A stretch of 64,000 bases of DNA from NCBI RefSeq assembly GCF_036588685.1, contig NC_086379.1, forward strand, positions 58,652,001 through 58,716,000. The letters run 5' to 3'. Position 1 is the first letter of the stretch; every line of letters begins with the position of its first letter. Under the pieces are notes generated by a model. The model was not told the origin of the DNA. It did no database searches and saw only the letters and a program-made list of their open reading frames with translations. Shown one piece after another: positions 52,549-64,000 of the stretch. This DNA comes from Mytilus trossulus. Its lineage: Eukaryota. Both the position numbers and the translations under genes were made by a program.

Positions 52549-53080
52549 TTTATGCCATAAAGAGTTGGAAGATGAATTTCATTTCATCATTACATGTTCA
52601 GAAATTAATAAAACTAGGATCAAAATGTTTAATGAAATTTCTAATATTGTCCCCTGTTTTAATTCCATGAGTGAAGAAAATAAATTTGATTTTATATTTT
52701 CCTGCGAAGAATGTGATATTTTACTTATCATTGTTAACTACATAAGTGAAATGTATAATGAGAGAAACAATTATAATGTCAATATATGAACTGTGTAATG
52801 TATATTATAACATATTTTTTGATACATGAGCATAATATTTTAATACATAACTTTAAAGAGGAGGCATGCTGTCAAAACTAGTATTATAATTAATACTATT
52901 GATCTATGTTTTTGTTTTTCTTTCAATGCTACATGTTTGTAGTGTAACTGTTTATTGACTATCGTTTTGTAATTTTAATATGCCTGTTTGTTTGTTGTTT
53001 TTGTTGTGTATTTTAGTAACAATCCTATTGTTTGGATTTCAAACTAATAAAATTCTTATTCTTATTCTTATTCTTATTCT
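52549..53080 (+). mobile_element. 3' portion of the interrupted RTE-X-like LINE
   Basis: CHKELEDEFHFIITC... to stop at 52789; 3' UTR; AATAAA at 53046 followed by a (TTCTTA)n tail. Confidence 0.9.
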
Positions 53081-53139
53081 TTGATAACACATAAATAAAT
53101 AATACACAATTACATAAATAATTTGTTATGATTTGCAAC

Positions 53140-53477
53140 CCCCGCCCCCTGGATCCGCAACTGAGCGGGTACGGTATATAGCTCAATACATTTTTTATAG
53201 TTTCATCCATCGATAATATCCGTTTGTTGATAACAATTTATCACAAAATATACCTCAGAGGTATTTTTATCGTTCGGCTGCTGTCCTGTTGACATATGTC
53301 AAATATCTCCAATATTAAAAGTCTCTGGATCATAGTGGGTGCCATATTGCCTATTTGTTTTCTTTTCTAAAACGTGCTTTGTATATATAAATAAGAAGAT
53401 GACGTATGAGTGCCAAATGAGACATATTTCAAACAAAGACATAATTCAGTAAAGTAAGCAGTCATATGTTCAATGTT
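53140..53477 (+). repeat. Local direct duplication, partner at ~57900-58209
   Basis: Collinear ~330-bp similarity, including composite repeat junctions. Confidence 0.8.
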
Positions 53478-53821
53478 TTGTTATAATTAAAAGTTTTAAC
53501 ATTTTTAAACTGTTTCAAGCCAATTCCTGATAAAAAAAAAATGTACCAATTAAATTGTTGATTAATTACAGAGGATTATTGGAAATTTATCAAGTAAATT
53601 ATAGGCCTCACTTGAATACCTTAGTTTTATTTATTCATAATTATATTCATATTTCATTTTTTTAAAGATCTGGTTAATCCGTTAATTATTTATCTTTCAG
53701 ATATAATTTACAGAATCACTTTATGTAATGAGAAATTTATATTTCTTTTTACAAATGAAAATATGGTATTTTATACTTCCAAAATCTGCAGTGAAATTTT
53801 AATAAAGCGAAAATGTATTTT

Positions 53822-55810
53822 ATAGACAATAGACAATAGACAATATTTTATTCGCACAAACACATTTACATTAAATGGTTATGGCATACAAAATTAAGAC
53901 AATAAACGTACAATAGTTAAATTGATTACAATTATATTAGAGTGACAGTGGTATTCACAGCAAAGAAGAAAAAAGGCTATAAATATCAACAGTTAACACA
54001 TTATTAATGTTCATGAACAATTGAAAAAAGAACACAAACAAAAATTAGGTTGGCATTGCATATTAAAAGAAATACAAGTTATACAGATGTTCTTAATAAA
54101 AGACAATCATTAATATACTTTATGGTGATTTTTATAATGACTGGTAGACTGCTATTTAAAAGTACAGTCAAATGCTTAAGTGTTATAGTGGACTGCAATT
54201 TAATAAAATTGAAATTAAGATTTTTATTAATATTTTGTATATAGGTATCCCTTAATGATGAATAACATGGACAGATTGAGAAGAAATGGTATTCATCCTC
54301 AATTTCTTGTCTGTTACAGGATAAGCAAATGCGTTTACTTCTTTCAATGTTGGTATAACGCCCTCTTTCAATTGCTAGGGAATGTGCACTTAGTTTAAAT
54401 TTACTGAAAACTGATCGGTCAGTTTTGAATTTACATATATCAATATATGGGGGCCTTTTCCTAATTATTTTAGTATGACAAAAGAAATTTAATTTTTCAC
54501 ATTTATTGATAGAACAATTTATAATTTGATAAGCCTGGTCATAGATTCTTTGTTGGATACTATTTATGTGATATTTTAAATTAAAAGTATCAAAAGTGAG
54601 ATGACCAAAACCTAATTTATTTAACCAGTCTTTTACAATGTTAACCCATTTACTTGTTTTCTCTACATTATTATATATTTTATGGACTAAAGTGTTAGGC
54701 GAGTTTACAATATGGTTTAGAAATTTTATAGCTGAAAGCTGAATTTTAAAGTACAAAGGGATTCTGTTTGTCTCAGTTAAACAGGCTACATTTGTTGTTT
54801 TGCACTGTACACCTAAAATTTCTTTAATAAATTTAATATGTAAATGTTCAAATGGATCTGAATCTTTGAACACTTGGCTTACACCCCAAACTTCACTCCC
54901 ATAAAGAGTTATTGGAACAACTAAAGTATCAAATAATTTTTCAAGCATACTGCAGGAATTATCTAAAGAGACTGTTTTTTTAATTTTAAACCAAGCCTTT
55001 CTCCCTTTTTCCATAAGATTTTTTTTTGAATGACTTAAACTTCCTGAACAATTTATAGTTATTCCAAGGTAACAAATAGATTTAACAGTCTCAAGATGTT
55101 CTTTTTCTACTTTAAAATAATTACAGTGAGATTTTCCATTAGAATTGAATATTATAATTTTTGATTTTTGTTTGTTAACATCAAGTTTCCATAGGGAACA
55201 AAATTTAGCTAACTCATTTAGTGCATTTTGTAGCCCTTCTTCAACTTCGGGGGTTTCAGATAATAAAATAATGTCATCTGCATATAATAATGATGTTAAT
55301 TTAACATCTCCTATAATAATTGGTTGAGTGTTTGCATGATCAAGGTCATTTACAAGGCCATTTATATAAATATTAAACAAAGTGGGGCTAAGTACATCCC
55401 CTTGTTTTACTCCATAATTTGATATAAATTCATGGCTCATACCATTTTGAAATTTAATTCTGCATTTGTTGTCATTATACATTGATTGGATGACATTAAA
55501 AAGCTTGCCTGGAAGTCTGTTTTGGAGTAGAATGTAGAATAAACCCTCCCTCCAGACAGTATCAAAGGCTTTTCGCAGATCTATAAATGCTGCAAAAACT
55601 TTCTTTTTTTTAGTTTTATATTTGTCTACAATAGACTTTAATGAGAAGATATGATCTGCTGTTCTAGCTTTTTCTTTGAAGCCAATCTGATTTTCACTTA
55701 TCAAATTATTAGTGTTAATAAACTTCATTAGTCTAGTGTGTATAATTTTATTGAATAATTTTCCCAAATTAGAAGTCAATGAGATACCTCTATAATAAGA
55801 GGGGTCAGAT
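53822..55810 (-). mobile_element. 5'-truncated RTE-X-like LINE with open RT ORF (54079-55779)
   Basis: NQIGF, FIDLRKAFD, GVKQGDVLSPTLF, LLYADD and IERGRY...RICLSC...EDEYHF motifs; AATAAA plus (TTGTCTA)n tail at 53822-53852. Confidence 0.92.
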
Positions 55811-55811
55811 T

Positions 55812-55992
55812 TATATTCGTGATAGTTGACTTAAGTTGTATTTGTATTATAATTTAAAAAAAATAGTTTTATAGTCTCTCATAACTCTTTATAGAGTGGC
55901 TCTTGTTGTTAATTTGTGTTTTAAAAAGCTGTATATTTTATATGTGACAAGTGGTGAGACTTTAATAAAGTATTTGTCTTGTCTTGTCTTGT
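55812..55992 (+). repeat. Probable 3' end of another LINE
   Basis: AATAAA at ~55964 followed by a (TCTTG)n tail. Confidence 0.45.
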
Positions 55993-56230
55993 AATGAAGA
56001 TCAAAAGTAATTGGCAATAAATAAATCTATCATCCTTATAAATATCAAACATCTAATATACACATTTGTGTATTCAATTATGAGGTCAAATACTTGTGTA
56101 TTAAGAATTATATGTATATTATTGAGTGGTCTGTATAATTATGTAAGACTGAGGTTGATAGGTAATGTGGTCAATTTGATTGGCAGTTTAGGAGGTGGGG
56201 CATTGTTATTAAAGGTCCCCCTTGTCTCTC

Positions 56231-57568
56231 CCCTTACCGAAATAATCAGCATCCTGCACATAGTTGCTGCAGGTCTGCTGCGAAGTTGCTGCAGACTTGC
56301 AGCGAACACAGAGTCTGTGTTTGCAGCGTGTTTGCTGCAAATACGCCGCAGGTCTGCTGCAAACAATTTACCATGCAAATGAGTGTTTGCTGCAGACCTG
56401 CTGCAAACATTTTTATGCAAATGAGTGTTTGCGGCAGACCTGCTGCAAACATTTTTATGCAAATTAATCTAACTCCTGTGTGTTTGCAGCAGACCTGCTG
56501 CGTGTTTGCTGCAGACCTGCTGCAAACATTTTTATGCAAATTAATCTTTCTCCTGCGTGTTTGCAGCAGACCTGCTGCAAACATTTATATTCAAATTATT
56601 TTTTCTCCTGCGAGCTTGCGGCAAACTTGCAGGAACTACATAAATGATTATACAATACTAACCAATTAAGTCATGTTGTGTATATACATGACATTATCTT
56701 TATTACACAGTAAATTCTAAAAGTTTGGTTACATACATACTATAATATTTCGAATAATTAATTATTTGCATAATTATCATATAGTAAAGGTTTATTCCTT
56801 TAAAGAATAGTCTTAAGATTTCTTGTTGTTGAAGTAAGTGCTAAAATGAGTTGAATGCATATCTAAAATAAGATAAAAGGTTTATTTGAAATTTATTTTG
56901 TAAATAAATACTGCTTTTTAATTAACATTTTAATATAATTCAACTTGAATTAGAACAACACAATATTTTAAAATAAGTTATAATCTCCAAACATTCTTGA
57001 CTCGTGTACTGTATTATAGTTGATGCGTGTTTGAAAATGTTTTTCAAAACTTCATGCATGTATTTATTGAGGGGACGAATTTTATATATTTACACGTCTA
57101 TGAAGAATCAATACTTACAACAAATGTCTTTGAAAACTTTTCTATTAATTTCCAATCTAAAATACTCCCTAAATACTAATCCATTGTATGATAACATGAC
57201 TCAAACACCTTCAACATTTTCAAATTTTAAATCTGTAACTTCCAGGAAGTTACCAATGGGCATGCTCAGTCATTTTATGTAATTCTTGCAATGTTCTTGC
57301 AAACATATAGAATTATCAAAGATTCCTGCAATCTAGCTGCGAACATCCCTTAAATTCTAGAGTTTCCTGCAATCTTACCGCAAACATAAAAGTTTCTGCA
57401 AACTTGCCGCAAGCTTGCAGCAAAAAGCTGCAATGTTTGCAGGAGGTTCGCAGCTAGCTGCAAACTTCTGCAAACATTATTCAAAGGGTTCCTGCAAGCT
57501 TTTTGTTTGCAGCAGACCTGCAGCAAGTATGCTGCAGACCTGCTGCAAACATTTCAGTTCTGTAAGGG
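56231..57568. mobile_element. EnSpm/CACTA-like non-autonomous element
   Basis: cccttacMgaa / ttctgtaaggg termini, 2-bp TC TSD, dense gcagacctgctgcaaac subterminal repeats. Confidence 0.75.
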
Positions 57569-60500
57569 TCAGTCTGATTGTTTAGTGATAATGACAGTGT
57601 CAATCATACTAGTTGAATCAATACCCAGTTACTTAATCAAAAAGTTTTTTAAAAAGCCTGCACATCAAAACACCTTAATGACATACATTCTTGAATGAAC
57701 TGCTCCAATAATATACCCAGTTTTGTTCAGTTTATATGTGTATTATGCGCACATACATGATAACCATAGGGAACTATATTTCAGTGTGAATACATTTAGT
57801 AACAGTAGCTAACCTGTCCTGTTGTTAGGGAGGCCAGTGCCTAAGTAAAGATTTAGAACAAGTTCTAATCTTTCCAAAAAGGGGGTCCATCCCCCGGAAC
57901 CCCCGCCCTTCTGGAGCGGTTATGGTATATAGCTCAATTCATTTTTTATTGTTTCATCCATCGATAATATACGTTTGTTGCTAATTTTATCACAAAATAT
58001 ACCTTAGAGGTATGCTGTCCTGTTGACATATGTAAAATATCTCCAATATTAAAAGTGTCTGGATCATAGTGGGTGCCATATTACCTATAATTTTTTTCCT
58101 AAAACGTGCTTTGTATATAAAAATAAGAAGCTGAGGTATGAGTGCCAAATGAGACATCTTTCCAACAAAGACATAATTCAGTAAAGTAAGCAGTCATATG
58201 TTCAATGTTGAAAAGTAAGCTATAAATGGCCCAAAAATTACTTGTGTAAAACAATCCAAACAACAACAAAAAAAGAAAACCCCGGCCCAATTAAATATAT
58301 CAAAGGAGAAGACATCTATCCCATCAAAATATATATATATATTGTATAGGAGCCTGTATTTCAGTGGTTGTCGTTTGTTTATGTGTTACATATTTGTTTT
58401 TCGCTCATTTTTTTTTATATAATTAAGGGTGTTAGTTTTCTCGTTTGAATTGTTTTACATTGTCATATCGGGGCCTTTATAGCTGACTATGCGGTATGTG
58501 CTTTGCTCATGGTCGAAGGCCGTACGGTGATCTATAAATGTTAATTTCTGTGTCAGTTTGGTCTCTTGTGGATAGCTGTCTCATTGGCAATTATACCACA
58601 TCTTCTTTTTTTATTATAGATCCAACGCTGCAATTTTCACAAAACATATAAAAATTTCCCACCTTGTCGCACATACATATGGATAAAATTATTACATCTT
58701 ATTTCCTAATTATATATAATGCATATTGAGCAAAACTTTGGTTAGCTTGCTTGCTTTGTTTGTATATTGTACAAAATATAAAATATACAAGTTAAACTAT
58801 GCCTATATATATATATATATATATATACGAGTCTAAATTGAAAACTACGTTCAAACCTATGACTGCGTTGGATAAAAACCGCAATTTTTATACGTGTGCA
58901 TGTCAAACAAATTTCGTTGTAGAAGGGTCTAAAAACAGCACAAACAACATTTTCCAAAAGACCAAAAGAGTGAAAAAGTATATTTAAACAAAACGCATTT
59001 GACTAACAGGTCGAACAACTGATGTTCTTTAACCCTGCTGACTGCCATTGGCGATTGCCAAATAAAATTGATCACAGGTTGTAACAAAATGGATCTTATT
59101 ATAAATTTAATACGTCACAGAAAAAAAAAAAAAAAAAATATATATTGTTTATAGATGTCGATCTTATTTTCAAAGCTTGTATAAACAACTATACAAACAA
59201 AGCAAGTAAGCCAACCAACGTTTTACTTTGCAGGTATAAGAAATCAGCTGTAATGATTAATTCAGTTTGGCAAAAGTACAAGCCTGTTAAAAAACGAACA
59301 AACTGAAACTACAGTAATGTTGCTGACTTCACTACCTTGAAAACAAAGGGAACTGTTTGGAAGTCACATATACTGAAATGTGACAAAAATAAATACTAAC
59401 ACTGCCATGTATGTAAATATTTCTTCGCCTTTTTGACGAACACACAATTCAAGGATCACACATTTGCCTTTAATTATCTATACGAAAATTTATGTACTCG
59501 TGAATATTAGCACTCGTCTGGCTGTTATCGACGGCTTATTCTTACACTAGTAAGTTTGTCTCATGGGTAATTGTGTTTTTCGCTGTTGTTTCGTTGCTGT
59601 CTGGTAGACGAACACATGAAATATCTGTACCATCATCAAACATGTTAATGGCTATATATTGGGTAATTCAAATCCTATTTTCTTCGCATAGAAACAACTC
59701 GTCGTTAATCTGAGCATGGAAGTAATACTTTATATCACGAACTATAAATGAGTATACTCAAAATGAAAAACTAAGCGAAATTGTGAATCCCACATTGCAC
59801 GAAAAAAAGTGTTGCATTTCAGTAAATAACACGTGTTCTTGGTTGATTGTAAACACGTAGTAGTCCATCATTCATTGTGACTCATTTATTGGATTGGTCA
59901 AAAACCTAGGTAAAAATAAATTGCGTCACATGTTAATAAACAATTACATGTGCGAGAACATAAGTATGCTAATTTATTCATTTCCATTTAAGGTAGTGGT
60001 CCCGACCTGTTAAAGGGTAGTCAAGCAGACAATTTAAATATCCACATAGTTTAAAAATAGGTAGAAATGTGTATCGTTATCTCTAGACACAAACTATGTA
60101 CATGTATACACACACGTTAGACTAGAAAGTACGCACAGTACATGTACTACTTCCTGGTAAATCTGTCAGCTTAGTTTATCTCTTCAGTTGGCTCAACTAA
60201 TATAAGTTATTATTTAGGTATGTATTTATAGAATATTTGATTTGTTATACTTGTATTGATTTGTCAATATATGTGGGATTTGGAGAAGTATCCATGATGC
60301 TAGGTAACAATGGCTAAGGTATGTATTTACAAATATACATTGTCGTGTTTATTTTTGAGTACTGACAAATCAACCTTTCGGAATGTAGGGACACCGTATT
60401 TATAGACACGCCAGGATTTAAGACTGTATGTTACCCTCCATACGGGTCTTAAGGTTAATATATTGCTGTCGCATGGACGTTCGTTTCACATCTTCTTTTA

Positions 60501-61530
60501 TTTTATTCATATCTACAGATCAATATATCGGAAACATACAATGTTGTCTTTAGAACTTAATGTGCGATTACAAAATGCTGTAACATATGAGACTTGTTTA
60601 TGTAATAACCCTGTTCATGTACGTTAAAAAATAAGGCGAAATGTTGCTGGTAGCCACTCGTCAGCAAAAAGTATTTAAGAGCATTAGAACAAAAATGTCC
60701 TTAACGGAACATTCACAATCGTCTTATTTAATGTATAGATAAGATTTGTTTTTAAAAAAAATCATACGGCATTTCAAATAGTAAAAAAAAATAATATCTT
60801 GAACCTTAAAACGCATTTTACAAATACATATAATCCGTTGGATGTCTGATATGAACAGATTGAAAACTTAGTCTTTGATGAATGTTTTTGTGTATTATAG
60901 TTATAATTGGATTTGAACTATCTGTCAATAACTGCGAGTACCCTAAGATCTATATTAAGTGTCTTTTTGTTGTAGGGATGAACAGTACCCGGCCACGTCC
61001 ACTCTATGCTTTTGTCTTATGTATTTATATTTGTATCCATCTGATGAGTTAAGGCTTTTTCAGCTTATTTTTATAGTTTGCTCTTATGTCGTACTGTTAC
61101 ACCACTGTCTTAAGTTAGGGGAGGTTACGGACCTCGTTAAAATGTTTAGCCTCGCCACATTCTGTATGTATGTGCTTGTCCCAAGTCAGAAGCCTGTAAT
61201 TCGGTGGTTCAGTGTTGTTTGTTGCTGTGTTATATATTTGTTTTTCGTTTTTTTTTGTTTGTTTTTCTCGTTTCAATCGTTTTACATTTGTGATATCGGG
61301 GACTTATAAAGCTGACTGCGGTATGGGATTTGCTCATTTCTGAAAGCCTTTCGATGACCTATAGCTGTTAATTTCTGTCTTATTTGGTCTCTTGTTGAGA
61401 GTCGTGCCATTGGCATTCATATCACATCTTCTTTTTTGGAATACACTCGTAAACGGGCGATCATTAAATAAATTATTCTTATAATATTAAATATTTAATA
61501 ATAATTATACATGTTTTTATATTGATAGCA

Positions 61531-62703
61531 ATGGATAGAACTGAACCTTTAAAGTTTCGTCTCAAACACAGGAAATCAATTGATCAAGCCCAAACAAATA
61601 CCTCATACAAATGTGGGGAGTGCGGATTTAACTTCGGTGCAAAAAAAGATTTGCAAAAACATTTATCTAAACATAGGGAGGAAAATTCATTAATTCTAGA
61701 AAGCTCCTTACCAAAACTAAGTAATTGTGGAGCAAAAGTGTACGAATGTGATATATGCGACAGGATATTCAGCGAAAAAGTTTACCTTAAATTACATACC
61801 AGAATACATAAAGGATTCAAGCCATACAAATGTCCAGATTGTGATGGGAGATATAACGATTGCATCGAATTACAAAATCATCGTAAGTTGCATACTTATA
61901 TTGAAAAAACTAAGACATCAACCAAACCTTTAAAAGAAAAGAAAACATCAACCTCAAAAGAAATAAAACTTAAATCAACCAATGACAATGAGATGATGTA
62001 CAAATGTAAATGTGGAAGACGATATTCAAACTTGGTAAAATATAAGTCCCATGTACTATCTCATAAGGACAATCCTACAGACTTAAAGTGCTATCTTTGT
62101 GAAGCTACTTTCAGCAGAAGACGAGCTTTACAACTGCATTTGAACGAACATGCTAAAGAAGACCATACAGAGGTGTACAAATGTGATAAATGTGACCAGA
62201 GATACTTTTCTAAATGGTGGTTTGATAAGCATAATTGTTCATATGTAGAAAGTAAATGCCCAGAATGTGGAAAAACGTTTAAAGATAAGTTTCGTTTGAG
62301 AAATCATATGATTTTTCACTCAAACAAGAAGCCGTTTCTTTGTCAAGTTTGTAAGAAGAGTTTCCACTTGAAGCATCAATTAATAGTGCACGAACGGATA
62401 CATACTGGAGAACGTCCATTGTCATGTAACTTGTGTGGTAAAAGTTTCAATCAGCTAAACGTGTTAAAACGACATGTCCTTAACATACATACAAATCATA
62501 GATCTAAGAAATGCCCCCTCTGCGACAAAGGGTTCAATAGTGCTGATCAGTTAAAGAGTCATATGATAGTCCACAATCCTGAACCAGTTTTATGTTCATT
62601 TTGTGGGAAATGCTTTAAAGCTGTAGTGCATTTGAAAAATCATGTAAAGAGATGTAGACTTAATCCAAAACAAAACACGAGTCTAATCACTTTAGGAGAA
62701 TAG
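61531..62703 (+). CDS. C2H2 zinc-finger protein (~11 fingers, ~390 aa)
   Basis: Tandem CxxC...HxxxH motifs with HTGERP/HKGFKPY linkers; ATG at 61531 follows an acceptor-like ttgatag, so an upstream exon is possible. Confidence 0.92.
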   Translation: MDRTEPLKFRLKHRKSIDQAQTNTSYKCGECGFNFGAKKDLQKHLSKHREENSLILESSLPKLSNCGAKVYECDICDRIFSEKVYLKLHTRIHKGFKPYKCPDCDGRYNDCIELQNHRKLHTYIEKTKTSTKPLKEKKTSTSKEIKLKSTNDNEMMYKCKCGRRYSNLVKYKSHVLSHKDNPTDLKCYLCEATFSRRRALQLHLNEHAKEDHTEVYKCDKCDQRYFSKWWFDKHNCSYVESKCPECGKTFKDKFRLRNHMIFHSNKKPFLCQVCKKSFHLKHQLIVHERIHTGERPLSCNLCGKSFNQLNVLKRHVLNIHTNHRSKKCPLCDKGFNSADQLKSHMIVHNPEPVLCSFCGKCFKAVVHLKNHVKRCRLNPKQNTSLITLGE

Positions 62704-63589
62704 AATGTCAAGAACATAATTATATTCGGAGCCTTTTTAAGCTGACTATGCTGTATACATTTTGCTCATTGTCGAGTGCCTTATGGTGACAATATAATTG
62801 TAAGGTTTATAATTATGTCATTTATCTCAATGGGAATGATGCCAACTCTTATTGTTATATATAAATCGTAAACCTAAGATCTTGATAGGCCAATTCACCA
62901 TGTGGTCGTTGTTTTATATTTTATTGATTCTTTGTTTATGTATCCCTCTTGTAAGCTTTTCATAAAATTACATATCACGTGATATACTTGCCTCAATTTT
63001 GTTGAATGGAATCCTCAAAGTATTTGTGTAGAATGTAAATTATATCAATTAACTGTTGAAATATGTTTTGCCTGCATTTAATTTTGATATAGATTTGGAA
63101 ATATTGAAATTAAAATTGCAATACTATAACATGTAAACTACTAGTATGCAAAGTTAATGAACTATGAATGAAGGTAAATTATGGCCTATAATTTTGAGGG
63201 AAAAGCTATTGCAATGCTAATACAACTACCTACATAAAAAAATATAATTTATTTATCCTACGTAGTTCACCTTTCACTGACTTACAAAAAACAGAATATA
63301 TGCAATATATATAAAAAGTTCAATTATTAAATGATTTGATGCAAGAAAAATTAGCAAAGACGTACAAATAGAGGAGCATCAGTCATTTTGTCAGTCCCAA
63401 TTTATACAGAAAAAATAGAATGTCTAAATAACAACATTATATAAATATAATTGTAGTTGTTGGTTGAAATGATGTCTCGTCCAAAATGTAACCAGAAGCT
63501 TTCAGAGCGAATTTATGATAAAGACTTTCAGATTTATAAACCCAATCATAGACATTGCTATGGCACGCCGTTATTATATTTATTCAATT

Positions 63590-64000
63590 TCGAGATATCT
63601 TATTTAGTTAAATAAGATATCTTATAAACTAATAGAGATATCTTATATATTAAATGAGATATCTTATATACAAATAGAGATATCTTAAATATTAAAAGAG
63701 ATATCTTATATACAAATAGAGATATCTTATATATTAAAAGAGATATCTTATATACAAAGAGAGATATCTTATATACAAAAAAAGATATCTTATATATCAA
63801 ATAAGATATCTTATTAAAATGTTTATAAAGATATCTTATTAAATATATAAGATATCTTATTTAAAATATAAGATATCTCTATTAATTTATAAGATATCTT
63901 ATTAAATATATAAGATATCTTTTATAATGTTAATAATAGAGATATCTTTTTCACTTAATAAGATATCTTTAAAAATAATAGAGATATCTTATAAACTAAT
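63590..64000. repeat. AT-rich ~21-bp minisatellite (agagatatcttatata...)
   Basis: GATATC recurs at about 21-bp spacing to the window end. Confidence 0.9.

Noticed and set aside
56011-56669. Overlapping Cys-rich ORFs
   Set aside because: Translations of subterminal tandem repeats of the EnSpm-like element.
53140-58209. LTR retrotransposon
   Set aside because: The direct repeats lack TG..CA ends, a primer-binding site and a polypurine tract, and the enclosed RT is a non-LTR type with its own tail.
63600-63800. 66-aa repetitive ORF
   Set aside because: Translation of the 21-bp minisatellite.

Overview
AT-rich, repeat-dense eukaryotic DNA with spliceosomal introns. The repeat families resemble those I associate with bivalve (Mytilus-like) genomes, which is an inference. 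The main structure is a 44,966-bp DNA transposon at 7583-52548. It has perfect 17-bp terminal inverted repeats (TIRs, CAGTCCAGGCGATTATT), a 5-bp target-site duplication (TSD, TTTAT) and phased subterminal GTAATATWAC boxes. It interrupts an RTE-X-like LINE exactly inside its C-terminal zinc-knuckle codons (RICPL|CHKELEDEFHF). The element carries three genes: (i) a ~1086-aa intronless transposase-like ORF with one frameshift, combining a RAG1-N-terminal/Chapaev-like zinc domain with an Academ/DUF6589-like DDE core; (ii) a separate, divergently oriented, decayed XPG/FEN1-like nuclease gene; (iii) an intact six-exon gene for a 442-aa Asp-rich protein, whose first intron contains the transposase ORF. 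The element interior also holds many nested MITEs, a MULE relic, Penelope relics and SINE-like repeats. Outside the element are a Tc1 relic, a second RTE-X-like LINE, an EnSpm-like MITE, a C2H2 zinc-finger gene and a minisatellite. All family assignments come from motif recognition, not database searches.
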